A stretch of DNA of 64,000 bases from Octopus sinensis (taxonomy: Eukaryota). The notes beneath the pieces are model-generated. The model saw nothing but the letters and a program-made list of their open reading frames with translations. It searched no databases and was not told where the DNA came from. Location: contig NC_043015.1 in the NCBI RefSeq assembly GCF_006345805.1, positions 40,052,001 to 40,116,000 of the forward strand. Direction: 5' to 3'. A program made the position numbers and the translations under genes. Shown here in pieces: positions 1 to 39,209 of the stretch. The stretch's first letter is position 1, and every line of letters starts with the position of its first letter.

Positions 1-954
1 TGTGGTTTGAGTCCAGCAAAAGAAAGCATGGTCTGTCACAAACTGTGCACACAAAAAGGAGATTGTGATTCACTTTCTTGATCATAACATTCAACATAAA
101 TACATACATACATCATCATCATCATCATCGTTTAACGTCCTCTTTCCATGCTAGCATGGGTTGGACGATTTGACTGAGGACTGGCAAACCAGATGGCTGC
201 ACCAGGCTCCAATCTGATCTGGCAGAGTGTTTCTACAGCTGGATGCCCTTCCTAACGCCAACCATTCTGAGAGTGTAGTGGGCGCTTTTACGTGCCACTG
301 GCACGAGAGCCAACCATCATACATACTATCACTCTACCTATTTAGCTAACTGCATAACCATCCAGTTACTTATACATCTACTTACCTGTGTACCTGCCAA
401 CTTACCTATCTACCAAACTACTTGCCTACAAACTTACCTGTCTACATTTTCCTACTTACCCACTCACCTCTCTACTTATTTGCCTGCACAGATGTCTATC
501 TCCCTGCTTACCAACAACACCTATCTCCCTATATACCTTTTTACCTGCCTACCCATCTACCTCCATAACAACCTACCTGTGTACCGACCTCCCTACCTAT
601 CTATCCACCTATTCATCTACCACTCAACTCATTACACCACCCACCTAGACTTCTAATAGAGTTAATTCATGCTATTTAATTAATTAATTACCCTCTAATC
701 AACTATCCTACTACCTAATTACCTGAAGTAATTATACTAATCTATTTACGCTACTTAATAAACTCATTTCCAATTGACCCATTCTGTTACCTTACTAATT
801 ACTTACAAATCAACTAATTACTAATTAAAATTATTGTGGTTTAAGTTTTTTGATGAACAAATATCACATGTGAACTATACACAACCAGTCTTATCTTTCA
901 TATTTTAATCCCTCCGAGGCTTATATCCTCACTTGTACCTTGATATATACATAC

Positions 955-986
<32 letters not shown>

Positions 987-1558
987 ACATGTTCATACAC
1001 ACATGCATACTTATATATACATACACACATATTTCCATACATAAATACATACCAACTAACATACAACCCATTACAAATACAATCTATAAGTGGAACAGTA
1101 AAAATATACAAGACTTTTCTCAAGTTTAAAATGTGACTTTGTTTTTATTATCTACATTCCAATGATAGAGCTTTGTTTCTTTGTCAGAAACTAGCTCCTT
1201 CCTCAGAAGAAGAATTTAAATAATTAAAAACAGAAGAGAACCATACCTACCTTGGTGGGCTTCTATTAAATTTGGTTCATTCAGAACCAAATTTAAATGA
1301 GGTCTAATAAGGCTGAAACCCCGATATATCAAAAATAAAACCCATGTGGCCTCTGTAAGTGTTATTAGGATTATCCCAAAATAATTTGAATTATCAAGGT
1401 TAAAGATATAATATTTTATGTTAAAAATATAACAAAGTTCTTCACAGGTGTTTTTTCTGTAATTAAGGCAAAGCAAATGTTTTGTTTTGTTGTTTTTTTT
1501 TTGCCCTTCTTTTCCTGCTTGTTGTTTGGGTTCGAACACACAACCTTCTCTTTACTAG

Positions 1559-1723
1559 ACCAAGAAACAATCACTAAGATTTACATAGTGAAACCAGAAG
1601 AAACAACAGGAAAACGGAAACCTTGGTTGGTGCGTGGGCTCAAACGGTTTTTTAAGAAACGGCGGCGACCTCATGTCCACCAAGAAGCACTGAAGACATC
1701 GGTCAATAAACACAAATCTGGGT
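1559..1723 (+). CDS. Candidate cassette exon of the filamin-like gene (55 codons, highly basic)
   Basis: Pyrimidine tract plus TAG acceptor at 1556-1558, open frame DQETITKIYIVKPEETTGKRKPWLVRGLKRFFKKRRRPHVHQEALKTSVNKHKSG, GTAAGT donor at 1724. Length 165 nt, phase 1-1, matching the phase-1 exon at 3762. No filamin homology. Confidence 0.5.
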
Positions 1724-2108
1724 GTAAGTATAGGCTCTGAGGTGGATGATGACAACGATGCTGAGGATGATGATGAGGACGATGATGATGATAAATGATG
1801 ATGATGTTGATGATGATCCTAGAGACACATATATGTGTGTACATGTAGTCTAGCTGCACCCTTTCTTTGGCTTAAAACCCTAAACTGCTAGATACTTGCC
1901 AAAGCTGAGCGCATAAAATGAAAGCCCTCTCTCTGTCTCTTCCTTTCTTAGAACTATTTAGTACAAGCTTTTGTGTGAGACTCCTTTAGCGCAGATATTT
2001 TAAGCTATAGAATATTCTGGAAGAAACCAGAAAATGCCAGCAAGCCTGAAACTACCGCATACAGCAGTCAAGCTTGAATGTAGATGTAGAGCAATTGTAG
2101 TAAATTGA

Positions 2109-2290
2109 AAGCAACCAAATTGGCGAAGCAATGTCAAAGCAACCAAATTGATGAAGCAATGTTAAAGCAACCAAATTGATGAAGCAATGTTAAAGCAACA
2201 AAACTGATGAAGCAATGTTAAAGCAACCAAATTTGGCAAAGCAATGTTAAAGCAACCAAACAGACCAATCTTGAAGCAACCAAAGTGGAC
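2109..2290. repeat. 28-bp minisatellite
   Basis: About 5 full and 2 decayed units of AAGCAACCAAATTGATGAAGCAATGTTA. Confidence 0.85.
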
Positions 2291-3761
2291 CCTTATGGAG
2301 CAACTGAACGGAATGACCAAAAACAACAGCTTTTTTTTGTTATTTTTATTGCTTTGTCTTAATTCTTTTTCATTTTTAATTTATTATTTCCTTTCCAAGG
2401 TATGTTCCATTGAAGATTTCCTCGTCTTTTTCTAAAATTGCCGAATTTGTAGGACTTGCTGAGCTTTCCATAGAATTCTTTTAGACATTTTTCTGCTTTG
2501 ATCTTTATAGTTGTTGTTCTTGTTGCTCTCGTTGCTACTGCCATTGTTTATGCTGTGGCTCTTGCTGTTGTTGTTGTTGTCGTGCTTTAACAGTCCCAAA
2601 AACTATTGCTATCTACAACTTTTTCCATTGTTGTTGTTGATGATGATGATGGTGCTGCCGATAATGATGATGACAATGTTCTTCTTTGATCCCCCCCCCA
2701 CTACATCTTCCCCTCTCTCTCTCTCTCTTTCTTCCAATCTCTTCCAGGAATCTACAGATATTGGGCACCACTATCATCCCTACCACCATTCTATTATTAC
2801 AGCCACCACTACTCCACCACCACCACCACCATCGCTATTACCACTACTCAACACTCAACCATACATACATTGGGCTTCTTGTTTGCTAACGCCCTCCCCC
2901 CAAGTTCATATTCCTTAGAGGAAAAATAGCTGGTGTTCATGCCTTTCCCAGTAATGGTATACTGTCCCAAATACAGATTGAAACCATGCCATGATCATTG
3001 TTGTCTTGACTCAACCCCTCAATCTACAGACATTGGGCACCACTACCACCTCTGCCACCATTCTATTATTATACCCAACACTACCCCTCCAACCACCACC
3101 ACCACCACTATTACCCCTACCTCCACCACCTACAACAGGAATCTTCTTTCCCCTTCTTATTCCCTAATCTCCCTCCACCTTCACCCCCCCCACAACTATT
3201 GGCCCCTTTTTTTCTTACACGCTGAACAAAACATACAAATGTAGTATGGTTTAGTGTATGAGTAAGTGTGTGTATGCATATATTGTGCCCTTCGTGCAAC
3301 AACCTACACACACATACAGATATATACATACATATGTAAACATATATATATAAACACCCATACATACACATATACAAATGCATACATATATACAAATATA
3401 TATGTGTACAGCTATATATATATATATTTCCGGTTTAGTAAATGTTTTTATCTTCATTTCACTTAATTTATCAAGCTTCTGTATTCCTAGCACATATTTC
3501 GCCTTAATGTACTGATATATGAAAAATATATGGCTTGTGTTAGTAATACCAGCGATTATAATTATTTTTTTATTCTATCGCAATTTGATTTGTTTATATA
3601 TATATATATATATATGTACATATATATATATATATATACACACGCACACATGTGTACGGCTATATATATATGAACATATATATATAAATGTATGTACATA
3701 CATGTGTGTACATATAAATAAAGAAATACATCTATAATGTAAAATCTGATATTTCTAACAG

Positions 3762-3911
3762 GTATGTTGACAGCTGAATGCTTAGGTCCCTCCGGCCTAG
3801 TCCCCTGTCATGTAAATAGGAATCCAGATGCAAGCCAGAGCGTGAGAGTCACCCCAAGGGAACCAGGAAAACATTTACTTCAAATCAAATATGATGAGAT
3901 TCACGTAATGG
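3762..3911 (+). CDS. Filamin (jitterbug-like) exon, Ig-like filamin repeat
   Basis: CAG acceptor, GTAAAT donor at 3912, phase 1-1. Encodes MLTAECLGPSGLVPCHVNRNPDASQSVRVTPREPGKHLLQIKYDEIHVMG, a filamin-repeat pattern. Confidence 0.9.
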
Positions 3912-4254
3912 GTAAATATTTCACCGTTTCTCTTTTATTTCTTTCATGTCGCTCTTAACCATTTAAATACCAATGCAACAGGGACAAACCCTGGTTCTGT
4001 TACACAAACTTCCCATGATACATACATCTCTATATATATTTTCCTGGTTTGGCCCCCATCTGATGATCATCTGTTCCCTAACATGAAAATCACATGGCTG
4101 GGAACCAGTATAACAGTGATTATGTGTGTTAATGTTGATGTAATATCTATTGTATAACTAAGAAGATTATGAAACAATTGTAAACGAATGGAATAAACAT
4201 CTATCCACTTACGTCACTTCTCTTGTTAGTTCTACTTATATATATATATAAGAG

Positions 4255-4469
4255 GCCTACACAAAGTTTCCAAAAAAGTTTTCATCGTTCTCAGCACAAT
4301 CAAGGAGATCTTGTGCAACTGAAACCCGAGTGTCTCTTTGGTCAGCTGAAAGCAGTTTTGGCACAAACATGGCAGACATGTGTCCCATACCCAAATCTTC
4401 AGCAATAATCGACTGAACTGAACCGTAACTAATCTGCACAGTTTCTAATAACTCACTGATGGTGATTCG

Positions 4470-4470
<1 letters not shown>
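4255..4470 (-). mobile_element. Mariner transposase fragment
   Basis: TISELLETVQISYGSVQSIIAEDLGM...FVPKLLSADQRDTRV (HTH plus WVPxxL-like linker). Confidence 0.82.
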
Positions 4471-4505
<35 letters not shown>

Positions 4506-4510
<5 letters not shown>

Positions 4511-4725
4511 GAAACATTAGCACGCCGGGCGAAATGCGTAGCCGTATTTCGTCTGCTGTTACGTTCTGAGTTCAAATTCTGCCGAGGTCGACTTTGCCTT
4601 TCATCCTTTCGGGGTCGATAAATTAAGTACCAGTTACGCACTGGGGTCAATGTAATCGACTTAATCCATTTGCCTGTCCTTGTTTGTCCCCTCTGTGTTT
4701 AGCCCCTTATGGATAGTAAAGAAAT
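4506..4725 (+). mobile_element. tRNA-derived SINE family A (representative copy)
   Basis: GGCAGAAACGTTAGC...GAGTTCAAATTC (A/B-box-like)...GCCTTTCATCCTTTCGGGGTCGAT. More than 15 copies or fragments, e.g. near 9155, 14505, 16360, 18200, 23895, 36893, 50905, 51570, 57580, 59403, 63850. Confidence 0.85.
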
Positions 4726-5417
4726 ATATATATATGACATCCTATCAGATATTGTTATACATTGCTGGTCACAATGCACTTTGCATTGTTTAAGCCTTCG
4801 AATGATCCCACCTCACTGGGTAGATGAGCAAGCCAATTTTCCCCCTGATCAGAAGGCTTGTCCGTCGCAGGGTGACCCATTTACAGGTGAGTGATCTGAG
4901 GCAATGGGAAATGAAGGGTTGTGCTCAAGAATACAATGCACTGCTTGGTCCAGGAATCGTACCCATCATCACTAGATCAAGAGTACAACACCTTAACCAC
5001 TGGACCATGCACCTTCACACACACACACACATATATATATATGCTCCTGAACCAGTTGTTGAGTGTCTCACCCATGAGGAATCGATGATAGATATGTCAA
5101 AACAATTTGCTGTGATTAATAAATTCTCATGTATTCCATCTTCCATCTTTCATTTGCCATATATATATATATAACGCCATGATAGATCGTTAGCTCCTAC
5201 ACACATTTTTTTCTCTCCTTGTTCTTTTCTGTGTATCTTTCTGTCGAAGAGCGTAGGCTCGAAACGTAAAAGACTTTTTCTATTTCTATTCCTGAGCACT
5301 ATACTAATACATTTGTTTGTTTGTACTCCACCTGCCTTCGTCTTTTGTTTATTTTTGTAAACTTTCCCTTTATATATATATATCGTTGTTGAATGTCAAA
5401 TGTTGTTTTGGTGACAG

Positions 5418-5585
5418 GGAGTCCGTATGAACTTGATGTGGGTGTGTCAAAGCACACAGGAAAGGTCGTTGTGAGCGGACCCGGGTTACAAGACGGCATC
5501 CTCGACCATTACAACAGTAATTTTATGGTAAATACTCAGAATGCTGGACCGGGAGAACTGAAAGTCAGCATTATGGGACCTAAAG
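5418..5585 (+). CDS. Filamin (jitterbug-like) exon
   Basis: CAG acceptor, GTAAAT donor at 5586. Encodes GSPYELDV...KVVVSGPGLQDG...VNTQNAGPGELKVSIMGPKG. Confidence 0.92.
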
Positions 5586-5669
5586 GTAAATCTTGACGTT
5601 TTTCCAAATACACATGTGCGTGTGTGTATGTGTGCGTGTGTGTATGTGTGTGTGTGCAACATATATAGG

Positions 5670-5718
<49 letters not shown>

Positions 5719-7058
5719 ATGAGATGTATGTGTGTATATTTGTGCATAGAACATGTGGAGTAGGTGTTAGTGGAACATGTAGGACAAGTATGTATATGCG
5801 TATCTGGGAGGCATATAGGGTATATGTGTATGTGTGGAGCATGAGATGTGTGTATGTTCACATGTAGAGTGTGTGTGGAACATGTGTGTGTGTACAGGTG
5901 TCTATATATATGGGTATATATATGTGTGGAGCATAAGATGTATGTATGATTGTGTATAGAACATGTATGTGTGTGTGTGTGTGCATGCGATGTACATAGA
6001 CAACAGGTAGACTATGTCGAACCCATGTCAGCATGGGTTTGACAGGTGCCAACAAAGTCTCTCACCTGTCACCAGGTCCTTCGTTAGTTGGCAATCACAC
6101 CAAAAAAAGACAAAACCAGCCATATTTGTTTTTCACTTAAAATATTTCCAACTTCAAATTCCACAACTTGGGTCTGAGTTCTGTTAGTTGAATGCAGCAA
6201 AATATCGGTCAGGATTAGGGTCCACATAAGGCACTCAGGTGTGCATGTGGAAATGAAGACTTTCATCTTTATTCTCCATCATAATACAATGACATCATCA
6301 TTATCATCACTCTAAAGTGTGATGGGATTTGTGGTTCAATACCCCAAATCCCTTTTTAAAGTGGAACAGGGAGCAGAGCTTCAAGAAGTGTTTACCTGTG
6401 ATGGACTACCATCCCTTCCAAAAGGGGAAGATTCATTTCTCATTTATGTAATACAATCAAACGCCCTCTACAAGGTCGGTCTCCCAGACTGCTACAAAGA
6501 GGAGCTAAATCTCCCTTGCATCACACTGTGCCATCTTAAAAGAGGAAGGCCACACTAGACAATGTAATCCTAGATACACTATGCCTGAAAATAAAACGAT
6601 GGGTTGGGCTCGGCTGGAATGTCATTAGTCTCAAGTCTGCTACTCAGTCAGGTCTGACCTAGGGTTAAACAACATCTATTACATCTAGAGTAAAAATCCT
6701 GATTAAAGAAGTAATCATACCCAGTGTGGTGCTCCAGTATGGCCATAGACATACTCACAAAAACAAATTAAAAAACTAAAGAATGGTTTTGTGTAAACTT
6801 GTGTCAATAATATTTACCAGAGGGCTTTCTCCGTCCGGGTTGCGGATCCATAGAATAAGCTGCCAGACGAGATGGTGAAGATGCCGACAACCGCTCAGTT
6901 CAAAGTCTCCCTTGACCTCAAGTGGCCTGAACTCTTTACATGAACACCACCCTGTACATAACTCCATGTCCCCCTACATGGCCTTGCTTTTTGCTTTTTG
7001 AGCCAAAAAATTAACTAACTAACTAACTAACCTGTTTTCTTAACTTTGGTCATTCCAG

Positions 7059-7291
7059 GCGCCTTCAAGACAGAAATGCATCGCAACAGTCATGCAGACA
7101 AGATCTTCACCTGTTCTTACAGACCAATCGAGGCCGGAGTTTACACGATTCACGTGAAATGGTCAGGAGTCAATGTTTCTGGGAGTCCGTTTATCGTCCA
7201 TCTGGCAGAAACCAGAGACGAACTAAGCCGCATGTTATTCGAAAGGATTTCTATGACACATGAGCCACGGTACCCAGACACCTTATATTAA
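7059..7291 (+). CDS. Filamin (jitterbug-like) last coding exon
   Basis: CAG acceptor. Encodes GAFKTEMHRNSHADKIFTCSYRPIEAGVYTIHVKWSGVNVSGSPFIVHLAETRDEL...LY, TAA at 7289-7291. GPKGAFxxEM resembles the C-terminal repeat of invertebrate jitterbug-type filamins (recalled, not searched). Confidence 0.92.
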
Positions 7292-9908
7292 TAAGGGACC
7301 AGGTGCACATTGATGAACCCTGCATTCTGGAAGAATCCGTGTGAGATCCTCAAACTGCATATTAATTAAAATGGATCAACGGATGTAAAACTTAATTGCA
7401 AATACAAATATTGTTATATTTTGATTTTTTTGTTTTTTAACATATTCAAATGAGGGGGGTGGGGGAGGGGAGGTAGAATGGCTGTGAGGTTACGTAATTG
7501 GACAATATTAATTAATGAGTTTTGAATTAACTACAGCTATTATACAGCACAAGGTGCATAACTCTGCTTGCCTCAGTTTGCCTGGCTGACAAAACAGGTT
7601 TCACTCCGTACTTCACGGTTGAATGGTTAATTGTAGGAATACCAAGCAACTGTGAAAAGAATTTCTCTAAGAAATGGAGAAATATGAATAAACCATTCCA
7701 TCTTTGCATGAAAGAGCAAATAAAACAATATATAAATGAATAACAAAAACAGAAAAATAAAGAAAAGGTGAAAATATTCAAAGAACAAAATTCCATTGAT
7801 ATCAGATGTTAAGACCAAGAGTTCCATCATTACCAATGTTTGATTTGTTTAAATAATAATTTGGAATAACTTGGAAGTGAATTAATTTTTTGTTGAATAT
7901 GATTGCTAAATATTAATTTACTAGAATTATCTTTGCCAAAATATTTGTTGCTGCTCTTTGCAAATGTTGATTAAATGTCTTATTTACAGAAAAATCTCAA
8001 AACCAGGATGTCGTTAACTTACCGATTCCAAACCTATTGTCATGTTATAATTTCTGCTTTTGCCTAAGATATTATGTATACCATGTTTGATGCCATGTAA
8101 CACAAACAATTCTACAGAAAATGTCGCAAAAATCATCCTGCAACATAGATGTGAAGTTTGGGTCTGGATTACATGCATTTTATGCACAGAAAAACATTGT
8201 CCTGAATAACATATTTTCCAGCATACAAGTCGACATAGTACGTAGTGTAAAAATTAAAAAATCATCACCATTGTTCCAATCCCTGTTGCATGTCATATGG
8301 AATTTTTGGTCCTCTAAAGTCATCTTGGCATTCAAGTTGACCAATCATATTTGGTTTTAAATTTTGGTTAGAAAAATTCAGGAAATACAGAATGCACAGC
8401 TGAAATTGGGTGCATCTAATATTCTGATGCATCTTTTACCATGAAATAGGGAGGGTGGTTACATCTTAGAATTAACAACTGGAAAGTTTATTTTCATTTT
8501 ATGGTCGGCACCAAATGTGTTTTAAGTTGTTACACCACCAAATGTCAGTAATGATAACTGTGGCCTTAATTTAGAATTCCCCAACGATTCTACAAACGAT
8601 TTCAAATAAATTCCTCACCAGGAATTAGACTAACTTTGGTCTGTACTTTCATTAATTAATTAGTCATTAACAAATATCATTTCTCCTTTATCACATAATT
8701 ATGTCTAGTTAGCTTCTTTAATGGGGTCAGTAAATTGTTTCTTTAATGGTATGGGCTTTTATAGCTCTCCAGCTCAGGTTTTGAGAGGAAGCTGTCCTCA
8801 GAATGGACATCTGACCTCAATGCCTATAAGAGTAGATTTCATTAAAGAAACCCAAGAGCCACATGGCGACAATGCTACATCATGTGGTACCCAAAGTCTC
8901 CTACTATACATGTTGAGATTAACTCAACAATTATTTAAACTTTAAAACCTTTTATTTCACTTCAACAGAAAAATCTGAAGTTGTAGTGTTTCACAGAACC
9001 ATTAGATACCTGATGTTTACCTGTGCCTATCACCTTTAATAACGTAGTATCACAGGTAAGAGACCTTGTGTAGAGAGGACAAGTCAAGAAAGTTGTGCAT
9101 AGTGATGAAAGGACTTTGACAAACAAACAACAAATTAAGTGTTTAACCAAGATATTTATTTCTTTATTGCCCACAGGGGGCTAAACACAGAGGAGACAAA
9201 CAAGGACAGACAAAGGGGTTAAGTCGATTACATCGATCCCAATGCATAATTAGTAGTTATTTAATTGACCCCGAAAGGTTGAAAGGCAAAGTCGACCTCG
9301 GCCGAATTTGAACACAGAACGTAACAGCAAACGAAATACTGCTAAGCATTTCACCCGGTGTGCTAACGATTCTGTCAGTTCGCCGCCGTTTAACCGACAT
9401 ATTAAATAAACAATTAATTATTTGGTTAGATATTTAAGCAGTTGGCCAGCAATAAACAAGTGATATTGAAACAGTGTGTGTGTGTTTATTATTATTGGTG
9501 CAATGACCCCACCTCACCCCCCCCAACACACAAGATATGTAATATCTTTAATTAAATGGTAGTACTATTAATTGCATAATAGTGCAGGTAACATCTTTAA
9601 ATTGATTAGTAGGTTTAGATGTATAGATATATAGAGATTTAGGTATACAGTACTGTATAATATAACACCTTTAATTAAATAGATCTGTAGGTAACACCTT
9701 TAATCAGTGTCATTTACTAAATCAATATCAATCATTTACTTCAGGTTGTATAAAGTGTAATATTTTCATATTTCTGGAATTATTTTGAGTTTTTTTCTTT
9801 CAAAAACTATAACAGAGAGAGGACGGAGAACTACACACACACAAACACACATGCTTACATACACATATACAGAGGTTTACACTCACACATACTACCACTT
9901 GTACACAT

Positions 9909-10293
9909 GGTGGAAGCACTCCATCGGTTACGACGACGAGGGTTCCGGTTGATCCGATCAACGGAACAGCCTGCTCGTGAAATTAACGTGTAAGTGGCTG
10001 AGCACTCCACAGACACGTGTACCCTTAATGTAGTTCTCGGGGATATTCAGCGTGACACAAAGAGCGACAAGGCCGGCCCTTTGAAATACAGGTACAACAG
10101 AAACAGGAAGAAAGAGAGAGAGAAAGTTGTGGTGAAAGAGTACAGCAGGGATCACCACCATCCCCTGCCGGAGCCTCGAGGAGCTTTAGGTGTTTTCGCT
10201 CAATAAACACTCACAACGCCTGGTCTGGGAATCGAAACCGCAATCCTATGACCGTGAGTCCACTGTCCTAACCACTGGGCCATTGCGCCTCCA
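9909..10293 (-). mobile_element. tRNA-derived SINE family C with TSD
   Basis: GGAGGCGCAATGGCCCAGTGGTTAGG head; 13-bp TSD CACTTGTACACAT. Other copies at 50493-50876 (+), 44820-45042 (-), 61986-62180 (+). Confidence 0.85.
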
Positions 10294-10417
10294 CACTTGT
10301 ACACATACTCATACACACATATGCTTACATACTCACATAGAGATTTACACTCACACATACTACCACTTGCACACACACTCACATACACATGCTTACATAC
10401 ACACATAGAGGTTCACA

Positions 10418-10454
<37 letters not shown>

Positions 10455-11331
10455 TCACAGCCTCTCCAGGTAAGTTGCATTTATTTATTCATTTAAAGAC
10501 AAAAAACCAGTTTTATGAGAGAAAATAAACTGAGAAACATGTTTTCTTTAACGAAAAGTTTTTAAAAGAAAAAAAAGTCAAATTCTTTTTTCCTTCGTAT
10601 GTATATGTGTATATATATATGTATGTATATATGTAATGTATTCATGGAACCTTGTATATGTTTGTATGTGTATACTTATGTATGTGTGCAATGTGTATAT
10701 GCATGTATGTAGGGGGCTAAGGGTGAGTGTGTATGTGTATATATGTGTATCTCTATACACACACACATATATATATACACACATATTATATACACATACA
10801 CACATACATATATATATATACACATACACACACACATATATATATATACATACACACACATATATATATATACACACACACACACATATATATATACACA
10901 CACACATATATATACACACATATATATATATATACACATACACACACATATATATATATCGTAGACTAGTGAGAGGTGGTAAAGTAATGTTTATTACATT
11001 CCAGGACACACCTGCACAGGTGAAACTGAAGTGAAGTTTTAAACACAGGTTAAAAATCTGCAGAAAGAGCATGGGAGGTGAGGACAGGCACCAGGGATCA
11101 GTCCTGAATGTCAGCAACAGGCTGGACCCTGCTAAAGGTACCCAAAGACCTGAAGAAGGAATTAAACTGGGATCTCTATTAGGAATTACATGGGCTTCTT
11201 CCAGTTTCCTTTTATGAAAATTCATCACAAGGCTTTGGTCAGTCCAAGGCCAAAGTTGACCTCTTCCTGTAAGTGACCTTTTCCTGCCACTGACCATTCA
11301 TCAGTGAAGTAAAGAATAGAAACACAGCACT

Positions 11332-11337
11332 TTTATT
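11332..11337 (-). terminator. Candidate AARS2 polyadenylation signal AATAAA
   Basis: AATAAA on - about 230 nt after the stop codon. Confidence 0.4.
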
Positions 11338-11565
11338 TGTTCAGTAAAATAAACTGGGGAAAGTAGAGTTATGTGTCTTGCTCAAGAACATGATACAATG
11401 ACTGTAGTAAGTTTTGATCTCTTGACCTGACCATTACTGCTCTTCATTAACCTCACAACTACCCCCTGCCAAATAAACCATTTGACCTATAGGAAAATAG
11501 CTACAAGTTTTAAACAGGTCAGTGTCCAAGTTGGCGTTGTTAAAAATAATGTCCATGGGTGGGGG

Positions 11566-36768
<25,203 letters not shown>

Positions 36769-39209
36769 GATGAAACCAGCTAACAGCACCTAAAAAAAGG
36801 ACAGTTTTATTTTGAGTATTTCATCACTGTGTAGTGAGAGCATTGAGGTTATGTCCACTTGAGAGAGACATTGGGCCACTATGTCAAAAGGGGGCAAGCT
36901 GGCAGAAATGTTAGCACGCCGAGCAAAATGCTTAGTGGTATTTCATCTGCCGTTACATCCTGAGTTCAAATTCCATGAGGTCGACTTTGCCTTTCATCCT
37001 TTCGGGGTCAATAAATTAAGTACCTATTTCTTTACTGCCCACAAGGGGCTAAACACAGAGAGGACATACAAAGACAGACAAACGGATTAAGTCGATTATA
37101 TCGACCCCAGTGTGTAACTGGTACTTATTTAATCAACCCCGAAAGGATGAAAGGCAAAGTCGACCTCGGCGGAATTTGAACTCAGAACGTAGCGGCAGAC
37201 AAATACCTATTTCTTTACTACCTACAAGGGGCTAAACACATAGAGGACATGCAAAGACAGACAAACGGATTAAGTCGATTATATCGACCCCGGTGAGTAA
37301 CTGGTTCTTATTTAATCGACTCCAAAAGGATGAAAAGCAAAGTCGACCTCGGCGGAATTTGAACTCAGAACGTAACAGCAGACAAAATACAGCTACGCAT
37401 TTCGCCTGGCGTGCTAACATTTCTGCCAGCTCGCCACCTTAAATTAAGTACCAATTACGCACTGGGGTCGATGTAATCGACTTACTCCCTTTGTCTGTCC
37501 TTGTTTGTCCCCTCTGTATTTAGCCCCTTGTGGGTAATAAAGAAATAAGAGACATTGGGGCATTAAGTTACACTCTTGAGAAGGTTTGAAACCTGCATGC
37601 TAGGAATATAACTCATGAATCGTTCAGTGCTGCCACCGTATACACTTTCAGTCGCATGATACATATTAACAGCCTGAGTGAATGAGAGAGACCTTGACAT
37701 ACTCTCTCTTTTTACTATTTTACTTGTTTCAGTCATTTGACTGCGGCCATGCTGGAGCACCGCCTTTAGTCAACCAAATCGACCCCGGGACTTATTCTTT
37801 GTAAGCCTAGTACTTATTCTATCGGTCTCTTTTGCCAAACCGCTAAGTGACGGGGACGTAAACACACCAACATCGGTTGTCAAGCAATGCTAGGGGACAA
37901 ACACAGACACACAAACACATACACATATATATATATATATACGACAGGCTTCTTTCAGTTTCCGTCTACCAAATCCACTCACAAGGCATTGGTCGGCCCG
38001 GGGCTATAGCAGAAGACACTTGCCCAAGATGCCACGCAGTGGGACTGAACCTGGAACCATGTGGCTGGTTAGCAAGCTACTTACCACACAGCCACTCCTG
38101 CGCCTGTTAGAAATAATGTTAGAAATAATGTTAGAAATAATAGTCAAATCACCCTCAAATCACACATTAGCTGTCACCCCATCAATTACAACAACGAGCA
38201 TTCCAGTTAATCTGATCAACAGAACAGCATGTCTGTGAAACTAATACGCAAGTGGCTGAGCGCTCCACAGACACTTGTACCTTAAATGTAGTTCTCGGTG
38301 AGATTCAGTATGACAGAATGTGACAAGGCTGGCCCCTTTGTAATTACAGGTATAGCTCATTTTTGCCAGCTGAGTGAACTGGAGCAATGTGAAATAAAGT
38401 GTCTTGCTCAAGGACACAAAGCACTGCTGGGAATTGAACTCACGTCCTTGCAATAATGACTTGAATACCCAAACCACTAAGCAACATGCCTTCACACATT
38501 ATCAGCTCGTTAAAGGCAATGTTAGGTAATGAGTGGATTTGGTAGACGGAAACTGAAGGAAGCCCGTCGTATATATATGTATGTGTGGGTATATGTTTGT
38601 CCCTCCAACATCGCTTGACAACCGATGCTAGTGTGTTTACGTCCCCGTAACTTAGCGGTTCGGCAAGAGACACGGGTAGTATAAGTACTAGGCTTACAAA
38701 GAATAAATCCTGGGGTCGATTTGCTCGACTAAAGGCGGTGCTCCAGCATGGGCCACAGTCAAAATGACAGAAACGAGTAAAAGATTAAAAGAACAGAAAT
38801 AAACATCAACCGGTCACGAGCAACTTTTACAAAGTCGCTCGACCTGCTAGAAACAGAAGCCAAATCTCCCTCAAACCACATCCTACAGCCTTTAAAAAGG
38901 AACGCGTAGGAGAATGTAACGTTAAGTATACCAACAGACGGGAAGGTCATGGCAGGAATATTTCATTCATAGATTGGTCTACTCGATGAGGACTGACCAA
39001 GGGTTAAACAGACAACCAATTACAATGGCAGTAGAAGGCGATATGTTCAACAAACTTCAGATTTCATTAAACAGGTGCGAGTAATTATGGATAATAATTA
39101 ATAAAATTCGTTAATCGAATACATAATCAGTGATTACGGAGGTCGTTAAAGAAATGGGCTGCAATTAATTTAATAAATGATAATACAAGAGTAATTAAAT
39201 GATTCTTAC

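Noticed and set aside
11140-11190. CUGAAGA in an interspersed repeat
   Set aside because: There is no matching stem II-GAAA downstream.
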